Positions 29,537 through 45,818 of a DNA stretch of 64,000 nucleotides are shown here, in pieces. Origin of the DNA: Acetatifactor sp. (GTDB lineage: Bacteria > Bacillota > Clostridia > Lachnospirales > Lachnospiraceae); NCBI GenBank assembly GCA_045543175.1, contig JAZQMG010000056.1:58422-122421 (forward strand), written 5' to 3'. Each line of letters begins with the position of its first letter. Position 1 is the stretch's first letter. Made by a program: the position numbers and the translations under genes. A model generated the notes under the pieces. The model saw only the letters and a list, made by a program, of their open reading frames with translations. It ran no database searches and was not told where the DNA came from.

Positions 29537-30430
29537 TCATGAATAGTGAACATGCTTCTTACTCACAAGCAGATTCACGCAAGTGACTGTCAAAACAATC
29601 ACAAATAAAATCATAGCTGCAGCCGACGCATAGGAAGGATAACCGCCACTGTCGCCATATAACATATCATACACATACCCTACAATGGTATTCATCTCCG
29701 CCGCATTCAAATCTGTACCAAATAAGGCAACCGCATCACTGTACGCCTTAAATGCCCCGATAAATCCGGTGATAATCAGATAAAACAGCATGGGGGAAAT
29801 CATGGGCAGGGTAATCTTTGTAAAAATACGCCACCCGGGCGTTCCATCCACCTTGGCTGCATTGTAATAGGTCTGATTCACCGATGCAAGGGCACTGGTT
29901 AATACCAGAATTTTAAAGGGCAGAACCACCCATATGGTATAAAAACACAGCACAAACATCTTAGCCCAGTACGGTCCGGTGATAAAATCCACAGAACTGC
30001 CGCCGAACCAACTGATTATCAGATTCACCAGACCATCTGTATAGGGTGTCTTTTTGAACAGAATCATAAATACCAGCCCCACAGCCAAGGTATTGGTCAC
30101 ATAGGGCAAAAAATAAATCGTCTGAAACAAATCCCGAAGCCTCTTAATAGAACTTAATCCCAAAGAAATCAACAACGCAATCCCCGTGGATATAGGCACT
30201 GTAAAAATAACCAGAATAAAGGTATTCTTTACCGCCTGCATAAAATACGGATCATGAAGCACATAGGAGTAGTTATACCACCCCACTCCGAAATACGTCT
30301 GTGACGCAAAATTGTACCCCTCTTCAAAGGAATAAATCAACACATCAATCAGAGGATACACCATGAAAACACCCAGAAAAAGTATTGCAGGCGCAAGATA
30401 AAGCCAAGCCTTCTTATTGTTGTTCTCCAT
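29537..30430 (-). CDS. CUT1-type ABC permease (MalF-like)
   Basis: YLAPA, YFLPYVT, YYNAAKVDG, ITLPMISP. Confidence 0.9.
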   Translation of the reverse strand: MENNNKKAWLYLAPAILFLGVFMVYPLIDVLIYSFEEGYNFASQTYFGVGWYNYSYVLHDPYFMQAVKNTFILVIFTVPISTGIALLISLGLSSIKRLRDLFQTIYFLPYVTNTLAVGLVFMILFKKTPYTDGLVNLIISWFGGSSVDFITGPYWAKMFVLCFYTIWVVLPFKILVLTSALASVNQTYYNAAKVDGTPGWRIFTKITLPMISPMLFYLIITGFIGAFKAYSDAVALFGTDLNAAEMNTIVGYVYDMLYGDSGGYPSYASAAAMILFVIVLTVTCVNLLVSKKHVHYS

Positions 30431-30432
30431 GT

Positions 30433-31533
30433 CTACACAACCTCCGTGATTCTCTCTTCCGTCTGCTTATCAAAAACAAAAACCTTTCCCGGCTTCACGG
30501 CAAATCGTACAGCACTTCCCTTTACATTTGCCATATTTTCTGCACTGATGATAGAACGGATGGCCTGTGTCTCTGCGTACTTATTGGTGGAAACCACACT
30601 GATATCACGCCCCATAACCTCCACTCTGCTCAAATTACAGCAAAGGGGACCGTCCTCCTCCAACACAAAACCTTCCGGGCGGATTGCCACCCAGACCTCC
30701 CTGTCAGAAACACCCTTCACATCCTGAATCGCATCTTCGCCTATGTACAAGCGTCCATTCTTAATCTGTCCAAAGAACACATTGATAGGCGGAGTACCAA
30801 GAAACTTCGCTACAAACAGATTGACAGGATTGTCATAAACCTCCTGCGGCTTGCCAACCTGTTGGATAACGCCCTCCTTCATAACAATAATCATGTCGGA
30901 TATGCTCATAGCCTCCTCCTGATCATGAGTTACAAAAATAGTCGTAATTCCTGTCTCCTTCTGGATTCTGCGGATTTCCTCTCTTGTCTGCAAACGAAGT
31001 CTGGCATCCAGATTGGAAAGAGGCTCGTCCATCAAAAGAAGCCTCGGCATTTTCACCAACGCTCTGGCAATGGCCACACGCTGCTGCTGTCCGCCGGAAA
31101 GCTCTCCCGGCTTCCTATCCATCAATTCATCAATCTGTACAAGCTTTGCCACCTCCAAAGCCTTCTTTCCCATTTCCTCTTTGGACAGTTTTTCCGCGCC
31201 ACGCAGATTCTCTAATGGAAACGTAATGTTCTGTCTTACCGTCAGATGCGGGTACAGGGCATAATTCTGGAACACCACCCCGATTCCTCTTTTCTCCGCA
31301 GGAAGGGTGGTCACATCATCCTCTCCAAAGAAAATTTTACCCTCTGTGGGCTTTACCAATCCACTGAGAAGATTCAGTGCCGTACTTTTACCGCATCCAG
31401 AAGGCCCCAACAGCCCAATCAGCTTCCCGTCGGGAAGCTCTATATTAAAATGATCCACCGCAATAACATCCTCCCGGATACGCTTATTGCGGTTGGGAAA
31501 TTTCTTAGTCAGATTTTGCAAAGTTACTTTCAT
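30433..31533 (-). CDS. ABC ATP-binding protein (MalK/UgpC-like)
   Basis: GPSGCGKST, VFQNYALYPH, LSGGQQQR, MDEPLSNLD; TOBE-like tail. Confidence 0.93.
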   Translation of the reverse strand: MKVTLQNLTKKFPNRNKRIREDVIAVDHFNIELPDGKLIGLLGPSGCGKSTALNLLSGLVKPTEGKIFFGEDDVTTLPAEKRGIGVVFQNYALYPHLTVRQNITFPLENLRGAEKLSKEEMGKKALEVAKLVQIDELMDRKPGELSGGQQQRVAIARALVKMPRLLLMDEPLSNLDARLRLQTREEIRRIQKETGITTIFVTHDQEEAMSISDMIIVMKEGVIQQVGKPQEVYDNPVNLFVAKFLGTPPINVFFGQIKNGRLYIGEDAIQDVKGVSDREVWVAIRPEGFVLEEDGPLCCNLSRVEVMGRDISVVSTNKYAETQAIRSIISAENMANVKGSAVRFAVKPGKVFVFDKQTEERITEVV

Positions 31534-31592
31534 TCTTCTTTACCTCTTTAAACTTGTATGTTCATTGACGTCCTCTAAACGCAACCTTTCTT

Positions 31593-32201
31593 CTATGTGG
31601 TAAAACAATAATCACTCGCATCGGCAATGTGAAATTTTTCAAAATAACACTCCTCCAACGGAATCCATTTGGAACGAAACACTTCCGCTGCATCCGTTCC
31701 GTTTCGCCTTACAATTCTACGCATCTGTTCCTCCGGTGAAACATCCATAAATATACGGAGATTATAATATTCCCCAAGAGCCCTGTGACAGGAATAGGAA
31801 CCCTCTATAATATAGATTTTGCACTTTCTAATACCTATAGGTTCATCAAATTCAAAACGCTTGCAGTTAAAGGGACGGTAAACCACCTCCTTCCCTTCAC
31901 ACAAGGGAAGTAACACCTCCTGCAAGAACCGCTCATGGTCCACGTTCTCACCGGGTATGTTCAAACGCTCCTCACTGCGCTGCTCGGGACGCAGGAAAAA
32001 ATAGTCCATATGCACCACCTCACAGTCAAACATCTCTTTTAATTCCATGGCAAGTGTCGTTTTCCCGGAGGCACATCTTCCATCTATGGCAACCAGAAAC
32101 CGTTCCTTCCGATTCGCCTGTCTTAGGATAATATCAGCCACCCGCTTTGCAAGGCTGCTGCCATTGTCCTCTACTATGTTTTCATTCATTTTCTCAACCA
32201 T
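31593..32201 (-). CDS. Uridine-kinase-like P-loop kinase
   Basis: VAIDGRCASGKTT, HMDYFF, IIEGSY, WIPLEE.YF. Confidence 0.8.
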   Translation of the reverse strand: MVEKMNENIVEDNGSSLAKRVADIILRQANRKERFLVAIDGRCASGKTTLAMELKEMFDCEVVHMDYFFLRPEQRSEERLNIPGENVDHERFLQEVLLPLCEGKEVVYRPFNCKRFEFDEPIGIRKCKIYIIEGSYSCHRALGEYYNLRIFMDVSPEEQMRRIVRRNGTDAAEVFRSKWIPLEECYFEKFHIADASDYCFTT

Positions 32202-32739
32202 TTTCTACTTTCCGCATCCTTGAACGCTTAATCAAATGAAGCATGGACATCAATACCGGAATCAATATCAATTGCAAAATGATTCCCGGTATGGCATTCA
32301 AAAATGCCCCTGCTATAAACATCTGCCACGTAAACGAGTTGCCTGCCACTCCAAGCAAAATAATCTGTGCGATTCCCCAAATTATCCGCCCCATAAGCAT
32401 CGCCGGTATCATAGAAGCATACACGGTTACTATCGTTCGCTTTTTGAGCATTTCATAAATCAGTCCGGCTACCAATCCGTATACTGCAAGTTCCAACGCC
32501 ATAGCAATTGCATTTGGGTACATCACAGGCATTCCAAAGATAAAAGAACGCATAATAGGCAATATCAAACCTACCATTCCACCATACTGCCACCCACAGA
32601 CAAAAGCACACAAAAACACCGGCAAATGCATCGGTAACAACATATTACCGACTTGCTGTATCTGCCCCGTTAAAAACGGCAAAATAAGCCCAACATCCAA
32701 AAACAATGCAGAAAGTACTAATTTGTAAGTTATCTTCAT
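32194..32739 (-). CDS. ECF transporter S component
   Basis: LLPMHLPV, MALELAVYG, PGIILQLILIP; about 6 TMs. Confidence 0.85.
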   Translation of the reverse strand: MKITYKLVLSALFLDVGLILPFLTGQIQQVGNMLLPMHLPVFLCAFVCGWQYGGMVGLILPIMRSFIFGMPVMYPNAIAMALELAVYGLVAGLIYEMLKKRTIVTVYASMIPAMLMGRIIWGIAQIILLGVAGNSFTWQMFIAGAFLNAIPGIILQLILIPVLMSMLHLIKRSRMRKVENG

Positions 32740-32743
32740 GGCA

Positions 32744-33607
32744 TTATACTTCAATCAATTCATATTCTCTGGTACCATAGCCCAATGCGGCAGCAGCCTC
32801 AATGGTATGAACACCGTTTCGACTTTCAATGCGCTCAATCAGATGAGGTTTACCCGGGTCGGAACACTCATAAACGAGATCAATACAAGCCTGATCGATT
32901 GCAATGGGGTCATCTGACACCAGAATACCGATATCCGCAATACAAGGATCTTCCGCCACGGCACAGCAGTCGCAGTCCACACTCATATTTTTCATTACAT
33001 TTACATAGACAAGATTACCCTTAAAATAATCTACCACACTCCCTGCCGCATCCGCCATGGATTCCAAGAATTCATCATGATCTGAAGTCCAAATCTTCTC
33101 GGGAACACCTGCACCATGAATGTATGCTTTACCAAAGGAAGACGCCACACCGATGGAAAGCTGCTTCAATGCTCCGCCATAGCCGCCCATGGGATGCCCC
33201 TTAAAATGGGACAAAACAAGCATGGAATCATAATTGACAATATTTTTTCCCACATAGTTTTCCCTGATAATCTTACCATTTGGTATCTCAAGCTTCAAAT
33301 CAGGCCCCTCTGCATCGAGAAGGTCAACCGGAAAATATTTACTCCATCCATGATAGGAAATCAGCTTCAAATGCTTTTCTGTAGTGTTGCGCTCCCCTTC
33401 ATATGCAGTATTGCACTCAACCACCGTGCCATCTACATGCTCAATCATGGGCTTCCAGAAATCCGGCTTTAGAAAATTCTGATTCCCCTTCTCGCCGGAA
33501 TGCAGCTTCACAGCAACCTTTCCCGGAAGTTCCTTAGCCAAAAGCTTATAAAGTTCTAATACCTTCTCCGGTGTAATTGTACGTGAAAAATATACCTTTG
33601 CACTCAT
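32744..33607 (-). CDS. DUF362-type Fe-S protein
   Basis: VAVKLHSGE, ECNTAYEG.R, SHFKGH, GGALK, SVDCDC, DPIAIDQAC. Confidence 0.85.
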   Translation of the reverse strand: MSAKVYFSRTITPEKVLELYKLLAKELPGKVAVKLHSGEKGNQNFLKPDFWKPMIEHVDGTVVECNTAYEGERNTTEKHLKLISYHGWSKYFPVDLLDAEGPDLKLEIPNGKIIRENYVGKNIVNYDSMLVLSHFKGHPMGGYGGALKQLSIGVASSFGKAYIHGAGVPEKIWTSDHDEFLESMADAAGSVVDYFKGNLVYVNVMKNMSVDCDCCAVAEDPCIADIGILVSDDPIAIDQACIDLVYECSDPGKPHLIERIESRNGVHTIEAAAALGYGTREYELIEV

Positions 33608-33764
33608 AAATCTTCCTCCTGCTGTAAAATTTCTGTTATATGTATACCATGTATCATCCCAATACTATTTCGTTCTATTTTACACCATATTTGTACATAA
33701 AACAATTGACAATCCCAAAATTAACGAGCGACACCCTTTCGGATGCCGCCCATTATATGAAATA

Positions 33765-40544
<6,780 letters not shown>

Positions 40545-40578
40545 TCTTTTTCCTCCTTTTTGAATGTTGTGCAACTGT

Positions 40579-40596
40579 TGCGCAACCGCTTGCGCA
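40579..40596. promoter_or_regulatory. LacI-family operator upstream of galactanase
   Basis: TGCGCAACCGCTTGCGCA palindrome with central CG, 35 bp before the ATG. Confidence 0.7.
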
Positions 40597-40766
40597 CCTC
40601 TTGTCTTAATCTTATCATTCTGAAAACTTTTTCTCAAGGACTTTCTTGTCGTACATTTCAACAATCTTTCAATCAATATTTTATCTATTTATACCAAAAA
40701 GAGAGGTCAAATCCGTTAAGAATTGTACCTCTCTCACAAAAACCTCTTATTCTTCTATTGGGCGAA

Positions 40767-41369
40767 TTACTCCACCCCAAGCTTCTTAAGTTCCTCTACT
40801 ACCTGCTCCCGGCTCTCAAACACAATTCCATGAATCCCCTGCTCCACGGCACCCTGCACATTTTCCGGCAAATCATCAATAAACACACTTTCCTCTGCCA
40901 CCAGTTCAAATCTCTCCAACATAAGCTGGTAAATCTTAGGATCCGGTTTAATCAGCTTATCCTTCCAAGACAAAATTCCACCATCCATATAGGGAATAAA
41001 TGCAATAGAATCCGCACATTCAATCTCCGTCTTCTCAGAGAAATTGGATAAATACCACACCCTATATCCCTTGGCTTTCAACTCCTTCACCCAGGGAATG
41101 GCATAATCTCTGATAGTCACCATGCCATGAATATTGTCGTAGGCCTTATGCAACGCCTCCGCAATCTCCGGGTCTGCATTGATAAAAGCCTGCATCAATT
41201 CCTCCCCTGCAAGCTCCCCGCGGTCAAATTCCTTCCACAGCGGATTCTCCACGGAAGCCTTGGCAATGCGAACTATCATATCGTCGTCAAAACCCTTGTC
41301 ACGCAAAAAATCTCTCCACCGAAAATCTGTCAATACATTACCGATATCAAAAATTATATTCTTAATCAT
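40767..41369 (-). CDS. HAD-family phosphatase
   Basis: FDIGNVL, LSN, KPDPKIY, FIDD. Confidence 0.9.
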   Translation of the reverse strand: MIKNIIFDIGNVLTDFRWRDFLRDKGFDDDMIVRIAKASVENPLWKEFDRGELAGEELMQAFINADPEIAEALHKAYDNIHGMVTIRDYAIPWVKELKAKGYRVWYLSNFSEKTEIECADSIAFIPYMDGGILSWKDKLIKPDPKIYQLMLERFELVAEESVFIDDLPENVQGAVEQGIHGIVFESREQVVEELKKLGVE

Positions 41370-41370
41370 T

Positions 41371-42261
41371 CTACTCTCCTCCCGTTACATCCATCCACAA
41401 CTTCTCTGCTGATGTCGACAGCGGCATTTTAGTGGAACGAACCACACAAAAACTTCTTTTCGGAATAATTTTGTTAAATCGCAAGGCAAACAGCATACCG
41501 GAATTCAAGTACTCTGCCGCAAAATCCTTTACCACACAGCCCACGCCCAGACTTCGCAGAGCAAACTGTACAATCATGTCACTGGTTGCCAATTCAAACT
41601 CCGGCTGCACCTGTACACCATTGCTCTCCAGATAGCTGTCCATATAGCTTCTGGTACTGGTGTTTTTCTCCAGAAAAATCATGGGCAACTGCTCCAACTC
41701 CTGCAAATCCAAGGTTTTGTTCTTATAAGCAATAAAACGCCTGCCCGCTACAAATATATCCTCGATTTCCCGTACGGGTATAACCTCCATGCCCTGACGT
41801 TCCATAAAAGGCGTACTGACCACACAAAAGTCAATCCTTCCCCCTTCCAAAGATTCCAAGGTCTCCGGAGTCGGCGCATTGGTTACCACAATTTTAATCT
41901 CCGGATATTTCTCATGAAACTGCTCCAGATAGGGCAACAAAAAGTATTGCAGGGTCATGTCACTGGCGCCGATACGGATTTCTCCACCCTCCATATTTTT
42001 GAGCTGCATCAGCTTCTCCACACCTGTCTCTATCTGCTCATAGCCTTTTTCCACATACGAAAAAAGCAGTTGTCCCTCCCTTGTCAGTCTGACACCACGG
42101 GAAGCCCGGTAGATAAGCTTCATACCGAGACCGATTTCCAACTGCTTAATCGCCTGGCTTACCGCCGGCTGTGAGATGGACAACCTTTCAGCCGCTGCCG
42201 TCACACTGCCGGATTTTGCCACATAATAAAATACTTTGTAGTATTCCAAATTACTAATCAT
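41371..42261 (-). CDS. LysR-family regulator
   Basis: SVTAAAERLSISQPAVSQAIKQLE; start overlaps the purF stop (TAATG). Confidence 0.92.
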   Translation of the reverse strand: MISNLEYYKVFYYVAKSGSVTAAAERLSISQPAVSQAIKQLEIGLGMKLIYRASRGVRLTREGQLLFSYVEKGYEQIETGVEKLMQLKNMEGGEIRIGASDMTLQYFLLPYLEQFHEKYPEIKIVVTNAPTPETLESLEGGRIDFCVVSTPFMERQGMEVIPVREIEDIFVAGRRFIAYKNKTLDLQELEQLPMIFLEKNTSTRSYMDSYLESNGVQVQPEFELATSDMIVQFALRSLGVGCVVKDFAAEYLNSGMLFALRFNKIIPKRSFCVVRSTKMPLSTSAEKLWMDVTGGE

Positions 42262-43667
42262 TACTCTCTGCCATCCCAACAATAGGTACACAGCTTGTCT
42301 CTGCCGATACCTACGGACTCAATCATATCATCCAATCTGTTAAAACGCAGACTGGTAAAGTTCAACTTCTGACGAATACGCTCCACCATATCTTCATGTT
42401 CTACCGTATCAGGATCCACATAAGCTTTCAAATCAATAGTCTTACCCTCATCCTCAATCTCCTTGAGCACACGTCTGGTAATCAAATCCATTTCCGAGGA
42501 AGAACGCGAGAAATTCAAATACTTACAGCCATACATCAAAGGCGGACATGCCGGTCTGATATGCACCTCTTTTGCTCCGCTCTGATAAAGGAATTCTGTA
42601 GTCTCTCCCAACTGTGTACCACGTACAATGGAATCATCAATCAGAAGCAGACTCTTGTCCTGAATCAAATCATGCACCGGAATCAGCTTCATCTTCGCAA
42701 TCAGATTACGCTGTGTCTGAATAGTAGGCATGAAGGAACGGGGCCACGTAGGTGTATACTTAATAAATGGTCTGGAGAAAGGAATACCTGACTCATTGGC
42801 GTATCCCACTGCATGGGCAATACCGGAATCCGGTACACCTGCCACAATATCCGGCTGTACATTATCCCTCTTCGCCATAAGAGAACCACAGTTATAGCGC
42901 ATCTGCTCTACACTGATACCCTCATAAGAGGAGGAAGGATAACCATAATATACCCAGAGGAAGGTACAAATTTTCATATCCTTACCGGGAGCAACCAGAG
43001 TGCGAACCCCCTCCGGAGTCACCACTGCAATTTCTCCGGGCCCCATCTCACGCTCCGCAGTATATCCCAGATTCAAATAGGCAAAACACTCAAAGGCAAC
43101 ACAATATGCTCCGTCCTTCTTGCCGATTGCAATGGGCGTTCTTCCCATACGGTCTCTGGCTGCATAAATACCCTTGGGCGTCAGAATCAGTATCGTCATG
43201 GAGCCTTCAATCAACTCCTGTGCATACTGAATTCCCTCCAACAAATTGTCCTTTTGGTTAATGATGGCTGCCACAAGCTCTGTAGCATTGATATCACCAC
43301 CACTCATTTCCAGAAAATGAGAATGACTCTTGGAAAACAGCTCGTCCAAGATTTTATCCATATTGTTAATCTTACCCACCGTAGAGATTGCATAGGTACC
43401 GTGATGCGATCTTACAATCAGCGGCTGAGGCTCATAGTCAGAAATACAACCGATACCAAGTTGTCCCTTCATGGTATTTACATCCTTGTCAAACTTGGTT
43501 CTAAAGGGAGAATTCTCAATATTGTGAATCGCTCTGTCATACCCTTTTCCTCTGTCATAGACAGCCATACCTGCACGACGTGTGCCCAAGTGGGAATGAT
43601 AGTCCGTTCCAAAGAACAAGTCAAACACACAATCTTCTTTTGCTGCAACTCCAAAAAATCCGCCCAT
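42261..43667 (-). CDS. purF: Amidophosphoribosyltransferase (Cys1-less type)
   Basis: PRPP motif IDDSIVRGT, GVPDSG, ACPP, CTYCW; N-terminus MGGFFG. Confidence 0.9.
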   Translation of the reverse strand: MGGFFGVAAKEDCVFDLFFGTDYHSHLGTRRAGMAVYDRGKGYDRAIHNIENSPFRTKFDKDVNTMKGQLGIGCISDYEPQPLIVRSHHGTYAISTVGKINNMDKILDELFSKSHSHFLEMSGGDINATELVAAIINQKDNLLEGIQYAQELIEGSMTILILTPKGIYAARDRMGRTPIAIGKKDGAYCVAFECFAYLNLGYTAEREMGPGEIAVVTPEGVRTLVAPGKDMKICTFLWVYYGYPSSSYEGISVEQMRYNCGSLMAKRDNVQPDIVAGVPDSGIAHAVGYANESGIPFSRPFIKYTPTWPRSFMPTIQTQRNLIAKMKLIPVHDLIQDKSLLLIDDSIVRGTQLGETTEFLYQSGAKEVHIRPACPPLMYGCKYLNFSRSSSEMDLITRRVLKEIEDEGKTIDLKAYVDPDTVEHEDMVERIRQKLNFTSLRFNRLDDMIESVGIGRDKLCTYCWDGRE

Positions 43668-43739
43668 AAAAATTCTCCTTTTTTAAAATTTTCACATATT
43701 ATAGATAAACACATTTACGCAAAAAAAACAATAGTAAAT

Positions 43740-44915
43740 TTAAACGTTTGTGTCATATTTATCCACCATATCCATAATATCCGCTGCCCATCTGGGATGC
43801 TCATGAACAATAGCCATAATCTCTTCACGGGCAGTCTGAGCCACATTATTGTTGTATTCCAACTGCTGCCGCAGGGATTGTCTGCGCAGAATCAGTTCAT
43901 GTCGGATTTCCACCATCTCTCTGGGATCCAAAAGTGCTCCCACCTGATTAATCCAACGAGTCGGGTCACTCACTCGGAATCGGGAAAGCTGTCTCACCAG
44001 TTCTCTCTGATAATACTCCGTCTTCGCTTCCGCTTCCGCAAACTGCTTTCTTGCCTCTTTTTCCTCCTGATAGGCATTCCAAAGCTTCTCCAGATTGTCC
44101 GCACCGTCCGTATCATACTTCATACAAAGATATTCTAACAAGTTCGTGTTATTCACATATCTGATTTTCACTCTGTTTTGAAGCTGTATCAACTTACTGA
44201 TGGAACGCTCCACAGTGCCGATTTCTTTGTCTGCATCCATATATTTGACACACACTACAGTTATTGCAATAGCCCCTGCCAGAATGGCAATGCAATATCC
44301 CAAGTATGTGTTCATGTCAAAGCCAAACTGTAACACTGCAAGCATAATCAGACACGCCACCAATGCACAGATAAAAATCACAGCCATTCCCCGCAGATTC
44401 GCTTGTGCAGTCAACAGTTCATTCTTGCGATATGCAAAAGCATGTCTCTCGCCATCCAGACGCTTTAAGTCTTTTTTGACCAACTTATTATAATTCTCTG
44501 CTTCCTTTAGCTTCCGAATGCCCTCTTGGACCTCATCCTCCTGCTTGCGCATATTATAATAATCGCTGTCCTTCATGCGATTTTTCTTATCCAGATACTG
44601 TTGCCTCTCTTTTTCAAGCAGCATCAACCTGTTAGCCACCTGATTCAATTCCTCTCTTGTCTCCGTGGGTAAAGCCTCTATTTCCTCCATATCTGTCAGA
44701 TAGGCCGTAACCAGACCATACTCTCCATTTAACAGGTTGATTTCCTTGGCAGCCTCTGACATCTGCTCCAGACATCCTGTCACATAACGACTTCTCTGTT
44801 CCTCATCAGCGAAGTCCACCTCCGTGTGGTCATATACAATTTCTTCCCAATCGGACTCTGTCTGTTCCTGTTCTCTGCGGGAAATCAGTCCGAAGATTTT
44901 CTTCCATAAACCCAT
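43740..44915 (-). CDS. Hypothetical two-TM coiled-coil protein
   Basis: Long charged helices flanking a TM hairpin (about aa 177-223). Confidence 0.8.
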   Translation of the reverse strand: MGLWKKIFGLISRREQEQTESDWEEIVYDHTEVDFADEEQRSRYVTGCLEQMSEAAKEINLLNGEYGLVTAYLTDMEEIEALPTETREELNQVANRLMLLEKERQQYLDKKNRMKDSDYYNMRKQEDEVQEGIRKLKEAENYNKLVKKDLKRLDGERHAFAYRKNELLTAQANLRGMAVIFICALVACLIMLAVLQFGFDMNTYLGYCIAILAGAIAITVVCVKYMDADKEIGTVERSISKLIQLQNRVKIRYVNNTNLLEYLCMKYDTDGADNLEKLWNAYQEEKEARKQFAEAEAKTEYYQRELVRQLSRFRVSDPTRWINQVGALLDPREMVEIRHELILRRQSLRQQLEYNNNVAQTAREEIMAIVHEHPRWAADIMDMVDKYDTNV

Positions 44916-44927
44916 ATCGGTGCTCCT

Positions 44928-45782
44928 TTATTCGCCCACACTACTGCAATAGCTGTTCTTTAATTCCTGAATAATTTCCTCATTGCCATCGTAATAAAGC
45001 TGTCTCTCTCCGTTTTTGCGCCATTCACGGATTTCCAGCAATCTCTGGAACTCCGGCTGAATCTTCCAATCCTCCGTCAGCCGCTCCATCTTTTTTTCAA
45101 GCTCCAGTGTATACTTATACCCCTGGGTCTGCTCTGCCGCAAAGGATATGTATTCCCCCTCGCTAAGTTCCATACGCTTGGCCGCCAGATACCCCTGATA
45201 GTGAGCCAGACCACCGTCCGCCTCATAAGCTGCCTTAAAGCATTCCGCGCTATATCCATAAAACATCATTCCGGCCAAAGCAACCGCCTTATTATGCAAA
45301 ATCGCCCCGCGAACCTTGGCGGCTGGAAGCTCCTTTCCTGCATGCTCCATCTCCGTCCACTTCTCCAACAGACTGTCGTACCCACGAATAGCCGCCGCAT
45401 ACCTTTGCTTACGCACAAGATAATCTATCTGACTTTTTCTTCTCTCTATATTGGACAACCCTGCTCCCTGTTTGAGGATTTGTTCCACCTCCCGAATGTC
45501 GCTGCTGTCGTAAAAGCCTACATACTCCATAATCATAATGACAAAGGCACTCAAAGACCCTTGCTTGTGAATCAGCTTGTAAAGTTCTCCCGCAAGGCTC
45601 TTTAATCCGCACTCCTTGTCAATCCATTCCACCAGCTCATCCCTCAACAGAGAGATATCCAACAGAAAGGCATTCTCCTTGAGCACAAAGCAAAGCTCCT
45701 CCATGGAGCTTACGGGCAGTTCAAGTCCCCCGATATAATATGGAGTTGTAGCGTAATTACCTACACATATACTGACACGCAT
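44928..45782 (-). CDS. Hypothetical protein with TPR-like C-terminal half
   Basis: PYY..SMEELCF..W N-domain; QRYAAAIRGY..ILHNKAVALA..AECFKAAY TPR pattern. Confidence 0.75.
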   Translation of the reverse strand: MRVSICVGNYATTPYYIGGLELPVSSMEELCFVLKENAFLLDISLLRDELVEWIDKECGLKSLAGELYKLIHKQGSLSAFVIMIMEYVGFYDSSDIREVEQILKQGAGLSNIERRKSQIDYLVRKQRYAAAIRGYDSLLEKWTEMEHAGKELPAAKVRGAILHNKAVALAGMMFYGYSAECFKAAYEADGGLAHYQGYLAAKRMELSEGEYISFAAEQTQGYKYTLELEKKMERLTEDWKIQPEFQRLLEIREWRKNGERQLYYDGNEEIIQELKNSYCSSVGE

Positions 45783-45818
45783 TTTGTCCTTCTCCTGCCA
45801 TGTTCATCTTCATCCACT

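Noticed and set aside
42813-44138. 441-aa plus-strand ORF
   Set aside because: Antisense to purF and its neighbour; composition typical of shadow frames. The same applies to the other short antisense ORFs (e.g. 30385-31215, 46059-46745).
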